Part shown: piece after piece, positions 1 through 11,800 of the stretch
Position numbering within the stretch: the first letter of the stretch is position 1
Layout of the letters: every line of letters starts with the position of its first letter
Source of the DNA: Selaginella moellendorffii
Lineage: Eukaryota > Plantae > Lycopodiophyta
Length of the DNA: 64,000 nucleotides
Direction of reading: 5' to 3'
Assembly (NCBI RefSeq): GCF_000143415.4
Contig: NW_003314275.1
Span: 625,955 to 689,954, forward strand
Notes under the pieces: generated by a model
The model's input: the letters and a program-made list of their open reading frames with translations, nothing else
Databases searched by the model: none
Told to the model about the DNA's origin: nothing
Made by a program: the position numbers and the translations under genes

Positions 1-1550
1 CTTTAAGATTATAGCAATTATGTATGAATTAAATAAGCATGAATATAAATTATACATCACATTATTTTATTAAAAATGTATAAAATATATTATTATTCCC
101 AGGTAATTTTCAATTTTATTTTTGAATTTTATTTTTATTTTTAAGTAACATTCTCTAATAAATATGCAATATTGCAATTTTTTATTGATAATATAAAAAA
201 ATAAAATATACTTTTATTGAAATAAGATTTAAATTTTGATCAATTTCATTTTTATTTTTAGATTGATGCCAAAATGTATATATATCATTGAGATACGATA
301 ACCATATTGTTACAGTTGTTTCAACACTAGAGTTCAAGTTCTTCAATGTCGCCAATTGCCTTTGTAGTTGTAAGAAAAATGAAAATTCTTATAAATATTT
401 TTATTTGTATTGATATTAAGAATAATAAATTATCCACTTTACATTAAAAAAATTCAAAAGTAATTTATATAGTTAATTCTAACATATATATTGTGAGGAT
501 CTTTTTTGCAATGTTGACATCATATGCCTTCTCCATGATCTTTGAGAACTTGTAAAATCTGACTTTATGTCTTAAAGTTATGCTATGTTTAATTAAAATA
601 TTAAAATTATATATTATAAGTTAAATTTTATCAAGAAATTCAACATCTACTGAAACTGCCCTGGAAAAAAAAGAGAAAAAGAATGTATTAGACAATGGTG
701 ACAATTATCCAAAGCACTCCATGCTCATCAATCCCTCATCTGAAAAAACAAAACCTCTAAAACTCCATCTCAAGCTTGCTTTCAACACCTCCGGTGGCCT
801 TCAGGAGATGCACATTCGCCTGGAGTGTGATCACTATGATATGCTTGTTTTCGTCCATGTATCTGCCCGAGAACAGATTTGCAGCCTCTGAAGGAACAGC
901 GAAGAACACGGTTACTACCACAGGAGTAGTGGTAACTTTGGCATATATGCGGGTTTGTAGCACAGGTATGAAAGCTCCATCCAGTGTATATGCTCCGAGG
1001 CGATCGCTACATATGCATTCTCCTCCTGTATGCACTCCTGGAAACACACTGTACGCAAGTTCGTGTACTTCCACAAGAAACTCACCTTGTGAAACAGAAC
1101 TTCTTCCTCGCTTTCAGAAACTGTAGCATCGCCCTTTTTCTTTCTAATTGCCACTCCAACGAATGCAGCTAAATGGGGTTAAAGCTTCTGCACGGGATAA
1201 CATTTGCACTGCGGTATAAATCCATCCGTTGTGAACCAGCACCACCATGCTATTAAGCCTCGTGTATAAGAACACCTCAAATTCCAAGGACATACTGGAC
1301 GGGATGACGCAATTCAACATGAGATAGAGAGAGAGAGAGAGCATATATATAATCCTTAAGGTTGAAAATCTTACTTTGAGACATGCCTTCTCGATCGATC
1401 CTTGTGAACAAAAGAGGCTTGCCAGTGCGGGCTAAGCAGGTCGAATGGGCCTTCTACAGCTACTTAAAAGGGCAAAGATGGTGGTGAATATATTTCGCTA
1501 GTATACGCTCAAATCCAATTTAGATTTATATATTTACTGTACAATATAGT

Positions 1551-2591
1551 TTATTCCAATTTTCTCCACAGAAACGCAGCTTCGTCTGGACGACAACACC
1601 GGTAATGTGCTGTATGTATCCACGAAGGCCAGACCAAATATTTCCCAGCTTGTGCGGACAATTCAAGCCCTTGGGGTTGTTGCTTGCTGGCTACCACAAC
1701 GTGTGTCACCGTATCATCTATATCGACTACGCACTCAGCTCCCAACGCCTGGCAAGAATCCCACAAAAGCTCATGAGCTGCTTGGGTTTTGGCGCATATC
1801 ACGATCTTGCAACCCGAGAGTGCATGCCCTTTGACCTCTCTCATTGTTTGTCGAACATCCCCCGCAAAGCATCCATATTCTTGGAAGAACTCGCTGTGAA
1901 TCCTCTTCAGCCCCTCCAAGAGTTTTGCGAGCGTGGCCTTCGTTGCCACCTCATCCTTCTTCTTGCTTGTCAAGCTAGAGCTTTCACGTAGGCCAAATAA
2001 ACCAGTGCTTGATCGAAAGAAACGGTATTGATCGTAGACAGGGATCAAGTTCTTGTGATGCTTCTTGGGCCAGACATAATCGCTATCATCCACGATCAGC
2101 GTGATCGATTCATCCCCCGGTACAGTATCCAAGTCTTTCATCGCCTTCATACAGTTGTGATCCCTGGAGAAAATATGGCCCTTGAACAAGCTTCCAGTCG
2201 GATCCAACAGCTTAGCCATGGTCTCGGCATAGATCTCGCGCCCATTGGTGTATATGTGCAAATCAAAGAATTTGCTAGCTTCCTCAAGAAACTTAAAGGC
2301 GAATGGCCGAATCTTGGTCCATACCTGCAGGCTCTCTACCTTGTGAAGGAGCTTTCTTCTCTTGGGTGCCTTCTCTTGCCAATCATAGATTTTCTCGAGA
2401 TACAAGCGTTCTTCCTCATCGACCTTTGAGAACGAAGCGGAATTGAGCAGTGTGTGATCCAGATCTAGCACAAGGATTAGTTTTTGCTGCTGTAGAACCT
2501 TCTGGGTGTACTCTTTCCGCAGCTGTGCATCGAAATCTTCTTCTTCTTCTCCGCCTTCAAACTCGCTCCTCCCTCTCTTCCTTGACGCCAT
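1551..2591 (-). CDS. FCP1/CPL4-like RNA polymerase II CTD phosphatase with C-terminal BRCT domain, intronless
   Basis: ORF has the HAD motif LVLDLDHTLL (DxDxT), WTKIRP, YTNG..YA, LLDP, IFSRD, LIVDDS..VW..H..NLI, then a BRCT-like tail (GAECV..D.TVTHVV...W.H.A). First ATG at 2591 (MASRKR...). Confidence 0.92.
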   Translation of the reverse strand: MASRKRGRSEFEGGEEEEDFDAQLRKEYTQKVLQQQKLILVLDLDHTLLNSASFSKVDEEERLYLEKIYDWQEKAPKRRKLLHKVESLQVWTKIRPFAFKFLEEASKFFDLHIYTNGREIYAETMAKLLDPTGSLFKGHIFSRDHNCMKAMKDLDTVPGDESITLIVDDSDYVWPKKHHKNLIPVYDQYRFFRSSTGLFGLRESSSLTSKKKDEVATKATLAKLLEGLKRIHSEFFQEYGCFAGDVRQTMREVKGHALSGCKIVICAKTQAAHELLWDSCQALGAECVVDIDDTVTHVVVASKQQPQGLELSAQAGKYLVWPSWIHTAHYRCCRPDEAAFLWRKLE

Positions 2592-2681
2592 GTCGAGAAA
2601 ACCTAAATCACCCTTTTGGCTCGTCACTTATATAGTGAAGGATAGAGAACGAATATTCCTGCCGGTGAAGAACCCTAATTT

Positions 2682-3954
2682 ATGGCGTCTAGCTCTACCG
2701 CCAACGACAGCGAGGACGAAGAGATTTGTGGTGAGCACTTTATTCATTCCATGGCGCTTGTTCTTGAGGATCTCGTGATTTTCAGACACGATGGTTGCCA
2801 TTCAGCTGATGCTCGCGCAATTCCCAAAGCTAGAACAGGTAAATCTTGCAGCTCCTTTTCTTTGTTCTTTCTCCCAATTGGAGTTTCTCTTTGGTGCTTG
2901 CTTTGTAAGTGGAACTTGCGGCCATTTGTGCTGCGCACGCAGCTCTACAGTAGTGTCAAGGACCGAACTACAGTGGATAAAGAACTAGAGGTACTCTTGG
3001 AAATCTTTTACTAGTTTTTGTCACTCTCCTCTTTTTTTTTCTGCTGGATCCAGGCATTGAAGCAGCAGCAAGTGGTCCGAATGTTCAAGCTCAATTCGGG
3101 GCGAGATGATTTTGCAGTGATGCTGCTGGAGNNNNNNNNNNNNNNNNNNNNNNNNNNNNNNNNNNNNNNNNNNNNNNNNNNNNNNNNNNNNNNNNNNNNN
3201 NNNNNNNNNNNNNNNNNNNNNNNNNNNNNNNAGGTAATCACTTCTCTCATCTCTGCATGGAATGGGTGGCTAGTTCTCAAGTTCTTTTCTGTTTCTTCTT
3301 CTTGCACAGATCGATGCTGCTAAGCAGAGAATGGAAAGTAAGCATTCAGCTGATACAACCATCGTTTTCGACTGGTTTCAAAACTACGTTCTTGGATCGA
3401 GCCCGGATTTGTCAATCTCAAACTCCCACCTGGTATGAAACATTTGTTTTCTCATTCTCGTTTTCACAGCTAGTTTATCTCAGGTTTCTCTCCTCTCGCG
3501 AGGTGGGAAAACAACTGATAAGCAAATCTCCGTGCTCATCAATGCCGGATTTCTGGTGCGTGCTCTTTACAATCTGTTTTTTTCTCGATGAAAAGTTTGG
3601 TGTCATTCAAAACAGGTGAGACAAATGTCCGATTCAGAAGACTATTGGTTTTCCATACCTGGAATTGGATGGGCGATGAAGAACTTGACACAGGTATAGT
3701 CTCTATAACGTTTTGAAAACTTCTTTTTGGTTCTTCTCTTAACAATCTTTGTGTTTTCCCAGGGAAGGAAAGAGGTGACTCAATTGCTGCGCAAGCGGCA
3801 GTCCAAAGAGGCCTTGCTATCAGTCCTGGAGAAGCGGAAGCTGCGAAGCTCAAGCCTGGGAATGCGGTTTCACTTGAGAGATTTACTGGGTTCCAGCGTC
3901 CTGGTATCTGTGGAGACAACCTCTGGAGCTCTCATTCGTCTTGCAAAGCGATGA
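2682..3954 (+). CDS. STK19: STK19-like protein (multi-exon, spans an assembly gap)
   Basis: Exons joined at GT-AG sites give MASSSTANDSEDEEIC / DTMVAIQLMLAQFPKLEQ / WNLRPFVLRTQLYSSVKDRTTVDKELE / ALKQQQVVRMFKLNSGRDDFAVMLLE ... VRQMSDSEDYWFSIPGIG / GRKEVTQLLRKR...LEKRKLRSSSLGMRFHLRDLLGS...TTSGALIRL*. These match motifs I recall from plant STK19 proteins. Confidence 0.85.
3132..3231. other. Assembly gap (100 N)
   Basis: Run of n inside the STK19-like gene. Confidence 1.
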
Positions 3955-4039
3955 AAACCAATCTTTGCGAGCTCAAAACCAGTCTTTGCGAGCTCAAGAA
4001 CCGATCTTTGCGAGCTCAAAAACCAATCTTTTGCAAGCG
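3954..4039 (+). repeat. About 21-22 bp minisatellite x4 (aaaccaatctttgcgagctc)
   Basis: Four imperfect tandem copies immediately after the STK19 stop codon. Confidence 0.85.
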
Positions 4040-4627
4040 TTGGCACCATTTCCAACCAAGTGTAGAGAAAGTGGTGAGCAAAAGTTTAGTTTTTTTACAG
4101 AGCAATGCGATGCATTGCAAATGTTTCTATGCATTTAATGGCGGTGGGTCGCCAAAGAAACAAAGCTTTTCATTCCCTGACCTCGGCAAAAATCAGTTAT
4201 TTTTCACACCAAACTTCCTCCTTTTCTTCTTTCCTTCTTTCTTCTCCGTGCCTTCTTTCTTTCTCCTTGGTTTGTTTACAAGGGCGATTGCTGCGCTGCG
4301 AAGCCGTCCACTTTGTCTCGTTGCCTTTAATTCAGTCATCGTCTGCTTGTGCTACGCCGTCACGCCCAGTTGTTACTCACTCTCCATCGCCAAGCTTTTT
4401 CTCCACTGGTCTCTCGTCTTTAAACTCGTTTCAGAGTCTCCTTGTCACAGCTGCGTTGCTCGTTTTCTCTCCCTCTCCACCGATCAAGCTCTCTCCTCCT
4501 TCTTCATCCTCTTCGATTCCTTTCATGCCCAGAGCTTGAATGCCTCCACCACCACCGTGCTGCGGTCCTCCACAACACCTGGTATGCGGCACATTTGCAT
4601 TTAAAGTCAGTCAGCCGAGCGAGTAAG

Positions 4628-7400
4628 ATGGCAGCGATGAGTAGAAGCAATAGCAACAGCAACAGCGTACCTCATGGAAGCCACGCTCGGATGGAGAGAA
4701 GCGCTGCTCAAACCAACACCATGGGAATGCTGAGCCCCCTCAGCTTGAGCCTGTGGAAGAACAAGACCGGGGACGAGGAGACCGACATATCTGCGCGGCT
4801 TACTTGGAGAGATCTCTTCGTCTCGGCCACCAATGCTAAGGGAGAGACGCGCTCGCTGCTCCACGGTCTCAATGGATACGCCGAGCCGGGATATCTCATG
4901 GCCGTCATGGGGCCGTCTGGATCCGGAAAGTCGACGTTACTGGACGCTCTAGCAGGTTTGCAAGCTTCGTCTTTTTGATCTCTTGATCGAGGCCGATCTG
5001 TCGCAGGGAGGCTGGCCAAGAACACGACGCAGAGTGGAGAAGTCCTGCTCAATGGAAGGCGGACTCGCTTGTCATACGGCATCGTTGTGAGTTCCCGGTT
5101 TCTCACTCCTATATTTTAAGAAAATTCCCCATCTTCTCGATCACCACGACTTAAGATATGTTTCTCCCTGTCCCAGGCATTCGTGACTCAAGATGATGCG
5201 CTGATAGGAACTCTGACGGTGAAGGAAACCATCACGTACTCGGCTAAATTGCGTCTCCCAGATCTCATGCCCCGGAAAGATAAGAAGGCCATTGTCGAGA
5301 GCACTATCATGGAGATGGGACTCCAAGAGTGCCAGAACACTCCCGTTGGAAACTGGCACCTTCGAGGCCTCAGTGGAGGAGAGAAGCGGCGGCTGAGCAT
5401 CGGTCTGGAAATTCTCACTCGTCCTCGTTTGCTGTTCCTCGATGAACCCACCAGCGGCCTCGACAGGTTGGTTGCAAGTTCTTAGCCTGCTAAACATTCC
5501 TGTTCCATCTTGGATGCAGTGCCTCGGCCTTCTTCGTCACCCAGACACTCAAGAACCTGGCCAGAGACGGAAGGACTGTCATAGCTTCCATCCATCAGCC
5601 CAGCAGCGAGGTTTTCGAGCTCTTCGACCGACTGTACTTGTTATCTCACGGGAAAACCATCTACTTTGGTGATGCCCCTGCTGCTAAAGAGGTAACGCAG
5701 TAAGTTCTTCTTCCCTTGGTTCTCTAAGTCCGAAGTTTCCGTCCTGATAGTTCTTCGCCTCCGCTGGATTCCCCTGTCCACCTCTTCGAAACCCCTCTGA
5801 CCATTACCTCAGAGCAATCAACTCAGACTTTGATCGAGTCAAGGACGCTCTGAGAAATTCCTTTGTGGCCAAGGTAAGTTAGCTGTGACCATAAAAATCC
5901 ATCTTTTCGACCGCGTTGATGCTGCTACTTCGCAGGACATGGAGTCGGCCGATGTCCTTGACAAAACCTCCACCGCACAAGTCATCAAGATCTTGATCGA
6001 CCACTACCAGTCTTCAGAGCACGCAATGCTGACAGCGTCCAAAATCCACGAGATTAACCAAACGGTGAGCAGACTTTCCATCTTCCTCCTCCACCTTAGC
6101 TGAAACAAGTGCGCCGGCCAGAAAGGAGTAGCTTTGGAGTCGGAAGGGAGCCAAGCGAGCTTCTTCATGCAGTCGTTCACGCTAACCCGCCGATCGTTCG
6201 TCAACATGTCTCGAGATATGGGCTACTACTGGCTTCGACTTGTCATCTACATCATCCTGGCCATCGGGATCGGTACGCTGTACTATGACATCGGCACCAG
6301 CTATAGCTCTATCATGGTAACAGCCCCTCCACTTCCATCATCTCGTCCCTGTGCTTAACTCCAAGACTGTTTTGTTGAAGGCCAGAGCTGCTTGTATGTC
6401 TTTTGTTGGAGGCTTCCTGATCTTCATGTCCATTGGAGGCTTCCCGTCGTTCATCGAAGACATGAAGGTCTGTTCTTCTCTTTCATGTTCTAGTTTCCGA
6501 TCGTCCACGGTGATATATGCTTGGTTATGTCTCAGGTCTTCTCTCGTGAGAGGCTGAATGGACACTACGGCGTCGTCGCGTTCGTCGTTGGAAACACCCT
6601 CTCGTCGCTACCGTTTCTCTTTCTCATAGCACTGGTGTCCGGGGCTATCACATACAACATGGTGAAGCTCCACCCGGGATTCATTCGCTTCTCGTACTTT
6701 GTGTTGAACCTTTTCGCGGCTGTCGCAGCTGTCGAGAGTCTGATGATGGCTGTGGCAAGTCTCGTCCCAAACTTCCTCATGGGGATCATTACGGGTGCCG
6801 GCATCCAGGTACGCTCGGCTTGCAACATCTGGCCTGGTGACATACTTTCGCTTGCTCTGACTTCTTGATGACAGGGTATCTTTCTGCTCGTTGCGGGATT
6901 TTTCCGTTTGCCAGGTGACTTGCCAAAGGCGTTCTGGAAGTTCCCGCTGTCCTACATTGGTTTCCACATGTATTCGTTGCAGGTAGCCTTTCATGCTTCT
7001 CTCTGCTCCCCCGAAAGCTGAACGAGAATTTTAATGTGCCTGGCAGGGAAACTTTGAAAACGACTTTCTCGGCTTGAACTTTGAAAACAAATTTCCAGGC
7101 TTACCAAAGATTCCAGGAAAATTTATTCTTCAGGACGTTTATGAGATACCAGTCGGCCGCTCGAAATGGTGGAACCTCGCAGTGGTGTTTTTGATGATTA
7201 TAGTCTACAGGTTCTTGTTCTTCCTCGCCATCAAGTACAGTGAGAGCGTTCAGCCATGGCTGCAAGGCATCATGGCTAAGCGGCGGGCAAGATTTTTGTC
7301 ATCCAATCACCTTACTCGTAAGAACTCGGCGCTCCAGAACACGATCAGGCCGGTTGTCCAGCAGTCTCCACTGAGAGAGCCTGCCACAGCAACAAGTTAG
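4628..7400 (+). CDS. ABCG (WBC) half-size transporter, ABCG11/12/15-like, multi-exon
   Basis: Walker [18 protein letters not shown]-loop VTQDD, signature LSGGEKRR, Walker [18 protein letters not shown], then TM domain ([54 protein letters not shown]). Short GT-AG introns. Confidence 0.95.
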
Positions 7401-8277
7401 TCAAGAAAGAAGGAGAGATTCTAAGGCGATAAAACCATACCCGACTTAAAATACACACGAAGTCAAACAGCGATCCCAACATCTCTTGTTTCGGATCAGT
7501 GGAGTGGAGGGCTCATCCTGTCTTGTTTGGTGAATCAAAGACGGTGGACTGGAGAATCAAAGTATTGTACTGGTAGCTGAGAGATAATGGAGCATCCTCG
7601 TGTCCCACACGGAGCAATCTAAAGAAAAACACAAGCATGAGTCCAAAAAGGCAAAGAAGAAAAGCACAAGCATTTTGCTAGCACGACGAAACCACCCATG
7701 TGGGAGGGAATAAATTCGCGATGTAGTGTAAAATGCGACTGGTACTCGACAGTTAAACCAAGTGGCAAGCCAAAAGGTTGAAGGAGGGGTGAAAAAATAA
7801 ACCATAAGATCCGTGAAATGAATGACCACCACTGACCTTTTTTGAGAGGCAACTTTTGCGTTACAAGGATGGAATTAAATGCATCCAGCGAGAAGAGAAC
7901 GACCTGAGCTGCTACTTTTCTGTGAGTTCTTCGGAGAAGCTGGGCTGCAATAAAATAAGAACTTTCATGTGAGCGAGCACTCAAACTCATCCATCAAATC
8001 AAACTCGAGCTACCGATCGACCAAACAAGATGCATACCAACGATTATCAATCAGCTAATAACTAAAGCAAACAGGTTAACGAAAAAGGAACAACTGGCAA
8101 GCAAAGAGCAAAATAAATGAATTTTACCGGACAAAGATCGCTTTTCTGCCAGCACAGATGTACACGTTGCTGCAAGGTACATAAATGTGAAAGGAGCACA
8201 AGGATTGGAAAAACTCTCCTACGGCTTTACTTACCTACGCTTCGTTGGCTTTTAGAAATACAGGGTGCTGCAAGAAG

Positions 8278-9146
<869 letters not shown>

Positions 9147-9328
9147 CTAGAAAATTTAGGGTTTAACGTATAGAATAAGGCTTTAGGCCGAATATTCTCA
9201 AGTCGTGTTCTTTCGTCACAGCGCAAGAGAATGGACCGGGTCTGGCATCGCGGAGCTAGGGTTCTACAATGCCCAGAGGAAGAAGTTTTCCATTCTTCCG
9301 TGCTACCGCTCGACGATCGATCAACGCC

Positions 9329-11800
9329 ATGGCCGATCCAGCTCCCCAGAGAGGTACTTGTAGTCTAGCAGCGATATTTCTAGCGATTCTATGCACGCGC
9401 GCGTCGTGCCAGCAGCAGGTGCTGGAGCAAAACCAGTTTCCCCGGGTGATTCCCGGCGATCCAAGGGGTCTTGACGGCCGGGCAGTGGAATTTGATGGCT
9501 ACACGGCACCCAATCTTTCACTGCTCAACATAGCGCAGTATAGCCTGGCGTTTGTGAATCACTCGTCGGGGCTCTTCACTCTCGCCATTGTGACAAACTC
9601 AAGCGCTGGTTCCTTGGCTAGAATCATCTGGGAAGCGAACCAAGACGATCCAGTGAGTGCGAATGCAACGCTTGGCTTCGAGGGCGATGGCGGCCTTGCG
9701 TTGCGAGACTCTGGCGGAAGATTGGTATGGACTACTGGACCGCTGAATGGACTTTCTACGACGCTCGAGTTGCAAGAGACAGGGAACTTGACGGTTCGAA
9801 ACGTCGACAACGAAGTCTTGTGGCAGAGTTTTGGCAGTCCGACCGACACACTCGTGCTCCAACAGCCTCTTTCGCCGGGAATGAGACTGGAGAGCCGCCG
9901 AAGCAGCACGAATTCTTCTTCGGGAACTTACAGCTTGGTGATGGAAGCCGGGGGACTTGTGCTCTACTCCAACTTTTCGGGACGGCAGGAACCTTACTGG
10001 ATCAGGGGGTACGATGGACTTGAAACTCTAGCAGCGGCTACTACGAACGCCTGCGAGTCCTTGACAGCAGCTCTTGCCAGAAACGAGAGCTCGTCAGCTC
10101 TAACTTTCACGTTTCGGTGTGGGAGCAACGAAACGCTGATCATACCTCTCCAGGTGGCTGGCGAAAACGGAAGTTTCATACGTCTGGAAGCTGATGGGAA
10201 TTTGCAAGCTTACACGCTGGGAAGTTCTGGAAACTGGACCGAGTCGCAGAAACTCTTTGAGCAGGCTGGTAGCTGTGGGCTTCCCGAGAGATGTCAACCA
10301 TTTGGAATCTGCTCCAACGGGTCATGCGTCGAGTGCTTGAGCGCAACTGGGACGAGAGTTCCTTGGAGCAACAGCTGCTCAGCTCCTGTCATTGATTCAT
10401 GCGGTAACTCCAGCTCTCTCGATTTTGTTTCACTGCCGGGGATCGAGCATTTCTCACACAGGTACCTCAATGGTTCTTCACTCAGCTTTCAGCTTTGCCG
10501 CAGCCAGTGCCTGCAAAACTGCTCGTGCTCGGCGTTTTTCTTCTGGGAAGAATCCAGCTCCTGCTTTCTGATGGATAGCCTTCGTACGCTTCAAGCCGTG
10601 CCCAACCATCGCCACGTTGCATACGTGAAAGTAGCGGCCACGAACACCACGAACGATGTCTTGCCTGTTCCAGCCACAGGATCGAAGCTTTCAGCTGGTG
10701 CCACTGCGGGGATCGTAGTTGGCAGCTTCTTTCTACTTCTGGTGGCCCTCCTGCCCATCATTTTGTGCATATCGAGAAAGCGGTCCAAGCAAGTGGAGGC
10801 TGTAGTCTACGACAGCGACAACTATCTCGAGACGATAGAGAACTTGAAACCAATGAGGTTCTGTCGAGCGGACTTAGAACGGATCACTGACAACTTCAGC
10901 AAGCTTATCGGAACTGGAAGCTTTGGAAGTGTGTACGAAGGTGTTCTTCCCGAGGGCAGGAAAGTGGCAGTCAAGAGGCTCGAAAGCACAGGACAGGGGA
11001 AGCGGAAGATCTTTGCTGAAGTTGCGGTGCTAGGAACGTTTCATCACTGGAACTTGGTGAGGCTGCTCGGTTTTTGCGACCAAGGATGTCACGGGTTTAT
11101 CATCTACGAGCATATTGGAAATGGTTCGCTGGACAGATGGATCTATCGTGACAACGGGGAAAACGTCTTGGACTGGGAACTGAGGATGGGAATCGTGATG
11201 GGAATAGCACGAGGATTGGCTTACTTGCACGAAGAATGCATGGAAGTTCATCTCAACTTGAAGCCTCAAAACGTGTTACTCGACTCTTCGTTCGTTCCCA
11301 AGCTTTCCGGCTACGGAGTCTCCAGGATCATGGCTCGAGAATCCCAGAGCTCAGCAGCTAAAACAGGTCTGGAGAGCTATCACCCACCAGAGTGGCTTCT
11401 CGACACCTCCATTACCGAGAAGTGCGACGTTTACAGCTTTGGAATTCTACTCTTGGAGATTATCAGCGGGAAAAGAAGCTCCAACAGCGACAAGTTTTAT
11501 CTTCCGGCCCATGCATTGGATCTCACAAGGCAAGGCAGGCAAATGCAACTTGTGGACACGAGGATCGTCAAGGACACGAGCGAGTCTAAAGTTCGTCAGG
11601 GTGTAAGTATTGCTTTCCAGTGCTTACAGGAAGATCCAAGATCCAGGCCGTCCATGGGGGACGTTGTCCAGATGCTCCAAGGCTCCTGTGAGATTCCAGA
11701 AGTTCCCAGGAACAGCGCTTTCTTCTGGCTCAAGGACAACGAAACTCGCTACTCGGAAGCTCACTCGCTGTTGATGGGCTTAAAGCACTCGATCGACTAG
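9329..11800 (+). CDS. G-type (bulb) lectin S-domain receptor-like kinase, SD2-5-like, intronless; probable pseudokinase
   Basis: Signal peptide, B-lectin (WEANQDDPV, LQETGNL, WQSF.SPTDTL), EGF and PAN cysteine motifs, TM helix, kinase with GTGSFGSVY and VAVK. Catalytic loop reads HLNLKPQN and DFG reads GYG. An upstream in-frame ATG at 9269 is also possible. Confidence 0.92.
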   Translation: MADPAPQRGTCSLAAIFLAILCTRASCQQQVLEQNQFPRVIPGDPRGLDGRAVEFDGYTAPNLSLLNIAQYSLAFVNHSSGLFTLAIVTNSSAGSLARIIWEANQDDPVSANATLGFEGDGGLALRDSGGRLVWTTGPLNGLSTTLELQETGNLTVRNVDNEVLWQSFGSPTDTLVLQQPLSPGMRLESRRSSTNSSSGTYSLVMEAGGLVLYSNFSGRQEPYWIRGYDGLETLAAATTNACESLTAALARNESSSALTFTFRCGSNETLIIPLQVAGENGSFIRLEADGNLQAYTLGSSGNWTESQKLFEQAGSCGLPERCQPFGICSNGSCVECLSATGTRVPWSNSCSAPVIDSCGNSSSLDFVSLPGIEHFSHRYLNGSSLSFQLCRSQCLQNCSCSAFFFWEESSSCFLMDSLRTLQAVPNHRHVAYVKVAATNTTNDVLPVPATGSKLSAGATAGIVVGSFFLLLVALLPIILCISRKRSKQVEAVVYDSDNYLETIENLKPMRFCRADLERITDNFSKLIGTGSFGSVYEGVLPEGRKVAVKRLESTGQGKRKIFAEVAVLGTFHHWNLVRLLGFCDQGCHGFIIYEHIGNGSLDRWIYRDNGENVLDWELRMGIVMGIARGLAYLHEECMEVHLNLKPQNVLLDSSFVPKLSGYGVSRIMARESQSSAAKTGLESYHPPEWLLDTSITEKCDVYSFGILLLEIISGKRSSNSDKFYLPAHALDLTRQGRQMQLVDTRIVKDTSESKVRQGVSIAFQCLQEDPRSRPSMGDVVQMLQGSCEIPEVPRNSAFFWLKDNETRYSEAHSLLMGLKHSID

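Noticed and set aside
757-1344. Possible small spliced gene on the minus strand
   Set aside because: Coding-like composition, but no consistent exon chain or family could be supported.
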